A stretch of DNA of 63,395 nucleotides, counting the filler, from Octopus bimaculoides (lineage: Eukaryota): the NCBI RefSeq assembly GCF_001194135.2. It is 7 parts of 7 records of this genome, joined end to end, with 100 filler letters (N's around TTAATTAATTAA, not from the genome) between each part and the next. Parts side by side here need not be neighbours in the genome. Positions count along the whole stretch, not along the records: positions 36,845 to 44,865 come from NC_069009.1; positions 44,966 to 47,425 come from NC_068985.1; positions 47,526 to 49,558 come from NC_069007.1; positions 49,659 to 52,554 come from NC_069006.1; positions 52,655 to 63,395 come from NC_069002.1; 2 more parts are not named here. The stretch is one strand, 5' to 3'. Positions within the stretch are counted from its first letter, which is position 1; every line of letters starts with the position of its first letter. The position numbers and the translations under genes are program-made. This document shows, piece by piece, positions 40,915 through 52,867 of this stretch. Below the pieces are notes generated by a model. It did not search any database and was not told where the DNA came from. It saw only the letters and a program-made list of their open reading frames with translations.

Positions 40915-41105
40915 CGATTTTTTTCCCCTCTTTCTTCCTTTTCCTTTAGACTTTCCTGTATTTCCTGTTTCCGAAGAAGAGCTGTGCTCGAAATGTAAAA
41001 CAACTACTCCTTTCCTTCTTCGAGCCTCTCATTAATACTTTGCATGTGCTACGTCCTCACATTGTCAACTTATTTTCTTGTCTTTTTCTCTGGTCTTTAT
41101 TCTGT
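40915..41105 (+). mobile_element. Penelope-like pseudo-LTR remnant with a minimal hammerhead-like motif
   Basis: tgttt-CCGAAGA-a-gagc-tgt-gctc-GAAA-tgt-a-aaaca at 40966-41002 within a pyrimidine-rich segment. Confidence 0.5.
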
Positions 41106-41116
41106 CTTTTGAATTA

Positions 41117-41160
<44 letters not shown>

Positions 41161-41164
41161 TAAA

Positions 41165-41375
41165 TGCGCCCTTTTAAAGCCTAGCCAGGCTCATGGGCCC
41201 AGTTTCCCGGTTTCTATGGCGTATGCGTTCCCCAGCTGGATGGGACGCCAGTCCATCGCAGCGTTACTCATTTTTGCCAGCTGAGTGGACTGGAGCAACG
41301 TGAAATGAAGTGTTTTGCTCAAGAACACAACGCGTCGCCCGGTCCAGGAATCGAAACCACAATCTTACGATCATG
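41165..41375 (-). mobile_element. tRNA-derived SINE with a conserved central domain (gttcttgagcaaaacactt)
   Basis: Minus strand has a B-box-like ggtttcgattcc followed by gcgttgtgttcttgagcaaaacacttcatttcacgttgctccagtccactcagctgg. A related copy lies at about 47160-47425. Confidence 0.7.
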
Positions 41376-43546
41376 CGTAAATATATATATACAAACACCC
41401 ACACAAACACACATAGATGTATATACACATACTAACACACAATGGACAACTTGAAGTTACTGTCTGCCAAATCAACTCATTAACGAGAGCGGGGAAACAA
41501 GACCGAGGGGATGGTCCAGGCTGGAATGTCTTCGATCATACGACAACATTTCAATGTAGGCGTTGTGTCATTACCAGTTCGTTAACCCACTCCCGACTGC
41601 ATATCCTGTCGGCTGCACAGCACTGCATCACCCCATCAGTCGCTCCCAGAACGGTGGTGGCGGCAGTGTGTGTGTGGGGGGGGAGGCGGTATTAGGGGGG
41701 GGGAGTACGGGATGAGGTAGNNNNNNNNNNNNNNNNNNNNNNNNNNNNNNNNNNNNNNNNNNNNNNNNNNNNNNNNNNNNNNNNNNNNNNNNNNNNNNNN
41801 NNNNNNNNNNNNNNNNNNNNNNNNNNNNNNNNNNNNNNNNNNNNNNNNNNNNNNNNNNNNNNNNNNNNNNNNNNNNNNNNNNNNNNNNNNNNNNNNNNNN
41901 NNNNNNNNNNNNNNNNNNNNNNNNNNNNNNNNNNNNNNNNNNNNNNNNNNNNNNNNNNNNNNNNNNNNNNNNNNNNNNNNNNNNNNNNNNNNNNNNNNNN
42001 NNNNNNNNNNNNNNNNNNNNNNNNNNNNNNNNNNNNNNNNNNNNNNNNNNNNNNNNNNNNNNNNNNNNNNNNNNNNNNGCCATCACTACGCGCACGCCTG
42101 TTGCTCCACATTATTTCTGCACAGACTTAAACACTAATTCCGCCTCCCCTCTCCCCAACCACCACCACCACTGCCCTACATACAAACCCCCCCAAGCACC
42201 TAGCCCCACCCCAGCCTCACCCACCCTTAGTGGTGAGAGCCAAGGGAAGGGAGGGGGCTGTGTATGAGAGGCAAGGGTGTGTTATGTGCCTGGCCTAGTT
42301 TTATTTCAGTGGAGGGGGCCTTTCATCTCTCCTCTCCCCCCTCTCTCTCTATCACCCCATATTGCTTAAGGTCTGTGTACTTATACCCTACATTTCATGA
42401 CATGTGTCACCCAGCATCTGACTGTGTCTGTCTGCCTGCTTGCCTGTCTGTCCAAGAAGGGGGGCAGTCTACATTTATACATACATGCTGGTACATGTGT
42501 ATATATAAATGTGTGTGTGTGTGTGTACATATATATGTAGGGATGTATGTGTGTATGTGCATACATATATTTTTATAAATGTATAAGTTTATCCAGAGGT
42601 CATAATACAAATAAAGACAATTAGGCTTGACATATATAAAAACATACACCTCTCTCTCTCTCNNNNNNNNNNNNNNNNNNNNNNNNNNNNNNNNNNNNNN
42701 NNNNNNNNNNNNNNNNNNNNNNNNNNNNNNNNNNNNNNNNNNNNNNNNNNNNNNNNNNNNNNAAAACATAAAATGGTTATAAGGGTCCACCTGAGTAAAA
42801 TAGGAATCAAAAACAGTCCTTAGATGGAAAATGGTTGAGAACCATTGTGTTAGAGGGCAGCACTGGGCAGATATGGTGTTTTAGAAGTTAAAAAAACCAC
42901 AAACGTATTTCAACTAATTCTCTTGCATTTGCTGGTTTTTAATAAATGGTTTTTCCCAGGGATGCCATTTGCTTGAAGTTCACCACAAAATCATGTCTGA
43001 GCTTCTTGATGTGTTACACAATCTCAGTAAACAAAAGGCTAATTTGTATGGTGTCGTTTGTTCCTATTCAGGCTGTTTGTTATTCTATAGGCTGTTTGGA
43101 AACAAGTTTGTGAGGTTTGTGACAGGAAGAGCATCCTACTGTTGGAAATGAAAAACTCTGATCCATTCAAGCATGATGGTCTCTTGCTTGTTTCAGTCAT
43201 TAGACTGTGGCCATGCTGGGGTACTGCCTTGAAGAATTTTTAGTCGAATGAATTGACCCCAGCAGTTATTATAAGCCTGGTACTTATTCTATTGGTCTCC
43301 TTTGCTGAACTGCTTTGCTGAAACACACACACAGCCACATACATACCCAGACACACTCACATACATGCAGACACATGCATATATACGACGGGCTTCTTTC
43401 AGTTTCCATCTGCCAAATCTACTCACAAGGCTTTGGTTGTCCCAAGGCTATAGTGGAACGCACTTACCCAAGGTGCCGCTCAGTGAGACTGAACCTGGAA
43501 CCATGTGACTAGGAAGTAAACATCTCATTTGATTTCTTTATTTCAG

Positions 43547-43795
43547 AAAATGTTGTAATTGGAGGAAGTGCAACCCTCTCAATTCGCATTCCAAATATAA
43601 AGAGACCGGCTGTGTGGGTGTGTGGAACTAAAAAATATGAATGCGATAGAACATGCGTTAATGGTTCTGAATTTCAAGTGAGGCAGTGGGGCAACATGTC
43701 TTCTCTTTGGATCAGAAGAGTCATGAACAAATGTTTGACTTGGAAATTCTATGATGACAACTTCAACATGGCGAGAATTCGTTTGAAAATAAATG
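43547..43795 (+). CDS. Exon encoding an atypical Ig-like beta-sandwich domain (nested antisense gene)
   Basis: tttgatttctttatttcag acceptor, G|gtaag donor, 249 nt, phase 1-1, fully open: (E)NVVIGGSATLSIRIPNIKRPAVWVCGTKKYECDRTCVNGSEFQVRQWGNMSSLWIRRVMNKCLTWKFYDDNFNMARIRLKIN(G). It has Ig-like V-x-x-G-x-S-A-T-L, C-strand W and S-S-L-x-I-x-x-V patterns, and two N-glycosylation sequons (NGS, NMS). Confidence 0.75.
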
Positions 43796-44172
43796 GTAAG
43801 AAAATTACTTATTATAATCCTTTCTACTATAGGCACAGAGCATGAAATTTGTGGGGAAGGGTTGATTACATCGGTCCCAGTACATGACTGGTACACAATT
43901 TATCATGGACGGATAGGTGTTCTCATCTTGTTTGATGTCATCAGGTGTCCTGGTGGAATTTCAAACCCAACACTTTATTTGACTATTGGAGTACACTGTT
44001 TTCATTCCGAAGGTATGTTGCTGGTGTTATTTTCCAGTTAATATTATTTTTCAAGTCCCTGCCTGGAACTTAGAGTCCCAGGGCCAGCTTAAATGCTAAA
44101 TGGTTGTTAATGTTTGAGAACCACATGTTCAATGCCTTCTCTCAAACTGTCAATGTATATAATGTTTAATTC

Positions 44173-44404
44173 TATCAGGTTGTCCGGAAAGTTCATGCCG
44201 GTTTTTAAAGGGAAGAAAAAGGTCAATGAATACTTGCCATTACATTTTTAATCAACCAAATATGAACCATTTTGTTGCACAATGCGTCTCCATCTTTCCT
44301 TTAACTTGAAAATACCCTCTTCCCAGAATTGAGGTGGTTTCATGGCAAATAAGTCGAAAGGTAAGCTACTATAAATCGGCACAAACTTTCCGGACAACCC
44401 AATA
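44173..44404 (-). mobile_element. Mariner internal-deletion MITE
   Basis: TA-flanked ~30-bp TIRs (tcaggttgtccggaaagttcatgccggttt / aaatcggcacaaactttccggacaacccaa). The interior encodes the mariner C-terminus FDLFAMKPPQFWEEGIFKLKERWRRIVQQNGSYLVD*. Confidence 0.92.
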
Positions 44405-44515
44405 TATGCAAGACTTCATTATCATTATTTAATTATTGTAACATATAGAGTAATCAATCCTGTTGATTGAATATAAAATCTGAAACTCAAACATTTTTGT
44501 TTTCGTCTTTTACAG

Positions 44516-44554
44516 ATTCGACAAGAATAGAAATTTATAAAATAACCCAAAATG
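44516..44554 (+). CDS. Small phase 1-1 exon, probably following the Ig-like exon
   Basis: Long pyrimidine tract (ttttgttttcgtcttttacag), 39 nt open (D)STRIEIYKITQN(G), G|gtaaat donor. Phase is compatible with 43547-43795. Confidence 0.5.
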
Positions 44555-44659
44555 GTAAATGGATTTACAAACTCCTTTTAAGTTAAACACTGTTTTTTCA
44601 ATTCTGTCTTCTATTTCTTTACTTAACTCTTAGTTCTTAGCCACTTTCTTTTGACTTTT

Positions 44660-44865
44660 TCCAATCGGCTCAATTTTCTTCTTTTGCCTAACGTTTCTCT
44701 TGATACCTTAACACTTTGTTTCGTATGTACACTGACATTGCACATCCAAAAGAACCTACTAACTTTATTCCTCTCTACTCTTTGTATGTCCTCTGCATTT
44801 AGGGTCCATGTCTCACTATTATGTAGCAGTGCTCTTCATATACAAGCATCATACAATGTGCCTTT
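44660..44865 (-). mobile_element. RTE LINE fragment
   Basis: Homologous to 51270-51420 (actgacattgcacatcca...). It ends at a gap. Confidence 0.75.
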
Positions 44866-45734
44866 NNNNNNNNNNNNNNNNNNNNNNNNNNNNNNNNNNN
44901 NNNNNNNNNTTAATTAATTAANNNNNNNNNNNNNNNNNNNNNNNNNNNNNNNNNNNNNNNNNNNNTATGTATGTATGTATGTTTGTATGTATGCACGTCT
45001 GTTTGTCTGTATGTATATATATATATATATATATACATATATGATATAATATAATCTAATTTAATATAATATATATGTATGTCTGCGTATATACATCTAT
45101 GTATGTTTATATGTTCGTATGTATTTCTATCTGCATCGCCGTATGCATACAAAAGCCGTCCGCTTAATCTCGCCAGCATCTCCCCGATAACCAGAATTCC
45201 TACTTTCGTTTAACCTCCAGCTATTTTCGGATGTTAGCTTTTGCACTAATCATTCTGCATTATCTTGTCTGTCCATTAAACTGATCAGTCATTCACTGTT
45301 TCCCTCCAATTATAAATGTGGACTACTTTTATCTCTATGTTAGTTTGCGATGTGGAATAAAGACCTCAAATGTATATGATAGGGCGCCGTAACATGAAGC
45401 CTTTCTCTACAAATATTGTCGAGGGTGCTGAAAGGGAATGACCCCTTATAATGCATCAGAGAGGCTGGGATGTAGTATTATATTATTTTTTATCGTTTAT
45501 TTTTTTTTTGCTTCGTTCAATCATTAGACGACGGCCATGCTGGGGCACCACCTTGAGTAGTTTTTTAATCGAATGAATCGACCCCGGTATTTTACCTTTT
45601 TTTAAAGCCTGATACTTATTCTATCTGGTTCTTTTGCCGAACCGCTCAGTTCCGGCGATTTAAACTCGCCACCTCCGCTCGTCAAGTGATGGTAGGAGAC
45701 AATCACAAACGCAAAGGCACACACACACACAAAC

Positions 45735-45778
<44 letters not shown>

Positions 45779-46823
45779 NNNNNNNNNNNNNNNNNNNNNN
45801 NNNNNNNNNNNNNNNNNNNNNNNNNNNNNNNNNNNNNNNNNNNNNNNNNNNNNNNNNNNNNNNNNNNNNNNNNNNNNNNNNNNNNNNNNNNNNNNNNNNN
45901 NNNNNNNNNNNNNNNNNNNNNNNNNNNNNNNNNNNNNNNNNNNNNNNNNNNNNNNNNNNNNNNNNNNNNNNNNNNNNNNNNNNNNNNNNNNNNNNNNNNN
46001 NNNNNNNNNNNNNNNNNNNNNNNNNNNNNNNNNNNNNNNNNNNNNNNNNNNNNNNNNNNNNNNNNNNNNNNNNNNNNNNNNNNNNNNNNNNNNNNNNNNN
46101 NNNNNNNNATACACACACATACATAAATATGAATATTTACGACGGGCTTCTTTCAGTTTCTGTCTGCCAAATCCACTCACAAGTCTTTGGACGGCCCGAC
46201 GCTAATGTGGAAGACGCCCAATGTGCCTCACAGTGCCACTGAACCTAGTACCATGTAGTTGAAAAGCAATCTCCTCACCACATATCCACGCCTGCAACTA
46301 TTCTTTCGCTGCATCGGCCAGGAACATTTAATAAACATTTTACATTACTTCATCTGTAAGTCTTATTTGCAGACCATAGAACCAAGAAGAAAACATAATT
46401 ATGACCAAATTTGAAATGTGAGGTTTCCACAAACAATTTTTGGCAAATACGATGTTCCCTTTTTGTTGCGGCTCAGAATTTCAGTTTCCCTTTTAGTGTC
46501 TGAGATTTTGTACAAGAATGCTTAGATTCTTCGAGAAATACGACACCATTGTGTAAGACTTACGATCAAAATATTCCAGGGTGACCAGCCAGTCTTTTTA
46601 AAGATATCCAGAACAGGCTACGTTTCCTTATGCGTCTAATTTCTTTTAAGACAATAAGGTTGTATTGGGGACCGAATTACCTCTATATCTAGCACGTTGA
46701 GTACCCACGTAAAAGTACCGCAATTGTTTCAAATGTTAGCTATCAAGTCCACAGTGCAATTTCAGTAGAGTAACGTCTAAAACCGTCTCCGCTTTTTCTT
46801 TTTTATATCGTAATCAGTAACGT

Positions 46824-47032
46824 AAAGGATAAAAAGCGAAGTCGACCACGGCGGAATTTGAACTAAAAACTTAAAGACAGAGGAAATACCACTAAGCATT
46901 TCGCCCGGCGTGCTAACGTTTCTTCCAGCTCGCCGGGGTCGATAAAGTAACTACCAGTTGCGTACTGGGGTCGATGTAATCGATTCATCCCCTCACTCAA
47001 ACTTTCGGGCCTTGTGCTTAGAGTAGAAAAGG
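46824..47032 (+). mobile_element. SINE (family B) with an inverted 5' half
   Basis: 46824-46934 is the reverse complement of the head of the intact copy at 56692. It is joined at 46935 to the forward 3' half (ggggtcgataaa...). Confidence 0.85.
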
Positions 47033-47903
47033 ATATATGTAAAATAGTGCTATCCTACCATAAGTCACGTACTTAGAGTATGCGTCACTTGGATGATGTC
47101 CCTTATCTATATAAAGCTACAAGTGCCACTCCCATTGCTCCTGCTTACGTTAATGATTACGATATAAAGACCGCCCCCTTCGGTCACGAATGACCATGGG
47201 ATTGCAACCAGAAAGTTTCCCTCCGAGGCACAAGTCGGGGCAAAGTTGTTTAAAGAAGACCTGTAATCGCCCAAGCATAACACCCCCCTCTCTCCAAGCC
47301 ACCAATGTTATCCAAAGGAAAAACAAAGGGGCCGATACAGCCTGGCACCAGTTACCTTGCCACTCATTTCTGCAGCTGAGTTAACTGGTGCAACGTGAAA
47401 TAAAGTGCCTTGCTAAAGAACACAGNNNNNNNNNNNNNNNNNNNNNNNNNNNNNNNNNNNNNNNNNNNNTTAATTAATTAANNNNNNNNNNNNNNNNNNN
47501 NNNNNNNNNNNNNNNNNNNNNNNNNATATATACATACACATATATATACACACATATATATATATATATACACATATATATAGACATATATATATATATA
47601 TATACACACATATATATATATATACATATATATATGCATATATATGTACTATTTAAGACAGTTTGATTGTATGCATGTTTTATGTATGTTTGTATGTTTT
47701 GTTTGTTTGTATGTATGTATACGACGGATCTCTTTCAGTTTCCATCTACCAAATCCACTCACAAGTCTTGGGTTAACCCGGGGCTATGGTAGAAGACCCT
47801 TGCCCAAGGTAGCATGGAGTGAGACTGAACGAGAAACCTTGCGGATGGGAGGTAAATGTATTATCAAACAGCCAGGCCTGTACCTAATATTTGTTTAATT
47901 TAG

Positions 47904-48010
47904 ATTGTAGCCACCCGTGGTTCGGGAAAATCAGCAGTCCGGAATGGCTTTTGAAGCAAAGGTGCCGGAAAATCGATGTTGTACTCTGTATAATAAACGA
48001 CACGATATAA
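47904..48010 (+). CDS. Candidate terminal exon of the nested plus-strand gene
   Basis: Branch-like cctaat, tttgtttaatttag acceptor, phase-1 frame (D)CSHPWFGKISSPEWLLKQRCRKIDVVLCIINDTI*. An alternative candidate is 46373-46398 (D)HRTKKKT*. Confidence 0.25.
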
Positions 48011-48528
48011 ATATTCGTTAGCTCGTTGGTTCGAATAGCGATAGACATCAAGAGATAAAAGATCTGTCAGGCGGTAAATATAAAGTGTGAAACTAGGTGT
48101 ATGTAGGTGTACGTATATGCGGCGATAAGGGGGAATAATCACAGGCGTTTTAGAGTGTATGGCAGGCAGAAACAGAGAGAGGGGGCGGCGAGACAGGTAG
48201 ATAGACGGACTGACAGACTTAATATACTAAAAAAAAAACAACATACTGATTAAACTTTGAAGAAAATTAGTGGTTTTTAGAGTCAATAAAGAAAAAGACT
48301 TGTGAAAAACAGAAAGAAGGGGAGGGGTAGAATCAACAGCAGCCACAAAGACAATTATAACGAGAATAATAATAATGATAATAATGATAATAATAACAAG
48401 ATGAAAGGTAATAATAAAAAGGTGTTATCTTAATTGTTTTTGAAGTGGTCAGTATTAGCAAGAATTGAAATATGTGAAGCGAAGCAACAAATGAAGTTAT
48501 TCGTTCAGAGAGAGAATCGAATCACACA

Positions 48529-48570
<42 letters not shown>

Positions 48571-48794
48571 CTGTCTGTGAGTCTGTGTGTGTCTATGTAT
48601 TTCATACATATACATAGGTATATTTTATTCTTTTATTCTTTTGCTTGCTTCAGTCATTTGACTGCGGCCATACTGGAGCACCGCCTTCGGTCGAACAAAT
48701 CGACCCCAGGACTTAGTCTTTGTAAGCTTAGTACTTATTCTATCGGGGACGTAAACACACCAACATCGGTCGTCAGGCGAAGGTGGGGGAGGGA

Positions 48795-48838
<44 letters not shown>

Positions 48839-49451
48839 TATATATAACAATCGGATGGTGGTGGTATATATATATATATACGACGGGCTTCTTTCAGTTT
48901 CCGTATACCAAATCCACTCACAAGGCTTTGGTCGGCCACAAACTATAGTAGAAGACACTTGAAGTGGGACTGAACCCGAAACCATGTGTTTGNNNNNNNN
49001 NNACACACACACACACACACACACACACACGAATATGCGCAAATAGTGTATATCAAAGGCAACAGGCGTAAAATTCAAATTAATTGCTAAAATCACGATT
49101 GTTAATACTCCACCCACGCCAACCACGACCCCCACCACCAACACCCCACCATTCCCCATCCCCACCACAACCACCACCATCCGATTGTTATACTTTTTTT
49201 TTTTACTCGGGGTAAATGTGTTTCCTTGTTTTGATATCCTTTTTAAACAATTTTATTTCTATTTTATTATCTTTTAAAAGGGGGGTGGCCTACTCTGCCA
49301 CCCCGTTCTTCCCGCACCTACCCTTACGCCTACCCCGGTTCACTGTTCTCTTATTTGTCTTGATGGTTTCAGCGAGTCAGACAGAGTTAAATTAGGGAAA
49401 TAACAGTAAAAATCTTGCAGTCATAAGAACGATAATAACAACAACAACAAC

Positions 49452-49498
<47 letters not shown>

Positions 49499-49508
49499 CA
49501 ATAAGAAA

Positions 49509-49558
<50 letters not shown>

Positions 49559-49739
49559 NNNNNNNNNNNNNNNNNNNNNNNNNNNNNNNNNNNNNNNNNN
49601 NNTTAATTAATTAANNNNNNNNNNNNNNNNNNNNNNNNNNNNNNNNNNNNNNNNNNNNAGGCTACAGTAGAAGATACTTGCCCAAGGTGCCACGCAGTGG
49701 CACTGAACCCGGAACCATGTGGTTGGTAAGCATATATAT

Positions 49740-49979
49740 GGACAGCTGTGTGAAGAAGTATCAAATCCTAATAGTGGAAGGAACCTGTAGAAAAGGTAGA
49801 CCCAGGAAGACATGGGATGAGGTGGTGAAGCACGACCTTCGAATATTGGGCCTCACAGAGGCAGTGACAAGCAACCAAGACCTTTGGAGATATGCTGTGA
49901 TTGAGAAGACCTGGCAAGTCAAGTGAGATCGTAGCCATGGCTGATGCCAGTGTTGTATAACCACTGGGCCATTGCGCCT

Positions 49980-49980
<1 letters not shown>
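49740..49980 (+). mobile_element. RTE LINE 3' end
   Basis: DSCVKKYQILIVEGTCRKGRPRKTWDEVVKHDLRILGLTE, the RTE C-terminal GRPxxxW motif. Confidence 0.85.
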
Positions 49981-50033
<53 letters not shown>

Positions 50034-50249
50034 TCAACCTATGCCAGCATGGACAATGGACGTTCAGTGATGATGATGATATACAGATGTGGCTGTGTGG
50101 TAAGAAGTTTGTTTCTCAACCACATGGTTCTGGGATCAATCCCACAGAGTAGCACTTTGGGCAAGGGTCTTCTGTTATATAGACTCAGCATCACCAAAAC
50201 CTTGTGAGTGGATTTGGTAGATGGAAACTGAAAGAAGCCCATTGTATAA

Positions 50250-50289
<40 letters not shown>

Positions 50290-50499
50290 GCAAACTGGCA
50301 TTCTGTCGGTTATGACAATGAGGGTTCCAGTTGATCCGATCAACATAACAGTCTGCTCGTGAAGTTAATGTGCAAGTTGCCTGAGTGCTCCACAGAGACA
50401 TGTACCTTTAACATAGTTATCAAAAAGACTTAGTTTGATACAGAATGCGACAAGGCTGGATGGCTCTTTGTAATACAGGTACTACTCATTTTTGCCATT

Positions 50500-51640
50500 A
50501 AATGATGATGATGATGATGATATGTATATACATGTATATATCATCATCATCATCATCATCATTTAACGTCCGTTGTCCATTCTGGCATGGGTTGGACGGT
50601 TTGACTGGGCTGGCACAGTGGAAGGCTGCACCAGACTCCAGTCTGATTTGGCATGGTTTTCTACAGCTGGATACCCTTCCTAATGCCAACCACTCCAAGA
50701 GTGTAATGGATGTTTTTATGTGCCACCGGTTCGGGTGCCATTTTCATGACACCAGTATCTGAACAACTGCAATTTTGCTCAGCCTGATGGGTCTTCTTCT
50801 CAAGCATGACATAATGCCAAAGGTCTTGGTCATTGCCTCCATGAGGTCCAACACTCAAAAGGAACTCAGCCCCTATGCCTCCATGAGGCCCAATGCTCGA
50901 AAGAAACTCAGCCTCTTTGCTTCTGTGAAGCCCAACTTCCAAAGTTGAGTTTCTTATATGCCACCAGCATAGGCGCACTTCGCTTGACAGGTCCTCTTAA
51001 GCAGAGCAAATCAGCAAAGGTCTCGGTCATGAGTCACAGCCTCTGTGAGGTTCAAAGGTCGAAGATCATGCTTCACCACCTCGTCCCATGTCTTCCTGGG
51101 TCTACCACTATCACAGGTTTCCTCCATAGTCAAAGACTGGCACTCCTTTACAGCACTCCTTTACACTGCTGTTCTCATCCATACGCATCACATGACCATA
51201 CCAGTGCAGTCACCTCTCTTGCACACCACATCTGATTCTTCTTATGCCTAACTTTTCTCTCAAGATGCTTACAGTCTGTCAAACATGCAAACTGACATTG
51301 CACATCCAGCAAAGCATACTAGCTTCATTTCTTTCAAGCCTACGCATGTCATCAGCTGTTATAGCTCATGTTTCACTGTCATACAGCATAGCTGTTTGCA
51401 CACAGGCATCAAACGATCTGCCTTTCACTCTGCGAGAGAGGCCCTTTGTTGCCAGCAGGGATAGGAGCTCTCTGAACTTTGCCCCACCTAATCTTATTCT
51501 CACAGCTACTCTCTCGGAACGTCCACCCCCACTACTAACCTGGTCGCCTAGATACCGGAAGCTATCTACTACCTCTAGCTTGCCCCACTGGCAGTTGATG
51601 GAGTCTACTTTCTACACATGTTCAGCATTCATTATGCCTG
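50500..51640 (-). mobile_element. RTE LINE 3' fragment plus 3' UTR with (GAT)n tail
   Basis: Minus strand contains KGLSLRVKGRSFDACVQTAMLYDSETWAITADDMRRLERNEASMLCWMCNV...LREKLGI...WYGHVMRM...GRPRKTWDEVVKHDL. The tail lies at about 50500-50560. Related 3' UTR copies are at 51960-52080 and 52260-52555. Confidence 0.9.
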
Positions 51641-51645
51641 TGCAC

Positions 51646-51681
<36 letters not shown>

Positions 51682-51855
51682 AATATGACAGGCTTCTTTC
51701 AGTTTCCATCTACCAAATTCACTCACAAAGATTTGGTTGGCTCTAGTTTACAGTAGAAGACACTGGCCCAAGGTGCTACACAAAGGGACTGAAACAAAAA
51801 CCATATGGCTGAGAAGCAAGCTTCTTACCCCTACACCAGCACCATGTTATATATG

Positions 51856-51909
<54 letters not shown>

Positions 51910-52154
51910 ATATAAGCACATAAAGATACACACACACAGACACACACACACATATATATTGATGTATCATCATCATTGCCATCAGTTAGTGTCTGCTTTC
52001 CGTGCTGGCATGGGTTAGACAGTTTGACTGGAACTGGTAAGCCAGAGAGCTGCACTGTCTGGTGAACAAGTTATTTGTGTGTCACTAAAGGCTGCTGCCG
52101 TCTACAATGGCCCTAGACTGACCAAGCTTTTTGAATGGATATTCCACAGAGACA

Positions 52155-52236
<82 letters not shown>

Positions 52237-52827
52237 ATCTGTATGTATATGTATCTGTATGTATATGTATATCATCATCATCGTTTAACGTCCGCTTTCC
52301 ATGCTGGCATGGGTTGGACGATTTAACTGAGGACTGGTGGAACCTGAAGGCTACACCAGGCTCCAATCTGATTTGGCAGAGTTTCTACAGCTGGATGCCC
52401 TTCCTAATGCCAACCACTCCGAGAGTGTAGTACGTGCTTTTACGTGCCACCGGCACGAAGGCCAGTCAGGGGGTACTGGCAATGGCCACGCTCAAAATGG
52501 TGTATTTTATGTGTCACCCGCACAAGAGCCAGTCCAGGGGCACTGGCAACGATCNNNNNNNNNNNNNNNNNNNNNNNNNNNNNNNNNNNNNNNNNNNNTT
52601 AATTAATTAANNNNNNNNNNNNNNNNNNNNNNNNNNNNNNNNNNNNNNNNNNNNCTAGGCTTACAAAGAATAAGTCCTGGGGTCGATTTGCTCGACTAAA
52701 GGCGGTGCTCCAGCATGGCCGCAGTCAAATGACTGAACCAAGTAAAAGAGTAAAAGAGTAAAAGAGTATATATATATATATACATGGTGTGAGTGAGAAA
52801 GAGAGAGAGAGAGAATGTGCGTGTGTA

Positions 52828-52867
<40 letters not shown>

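Noticed and set aside
51244-51756. 170-aa plus-strand ORF
   Set aside because: Antisense shadow of the RTE LINE on the minus strand.
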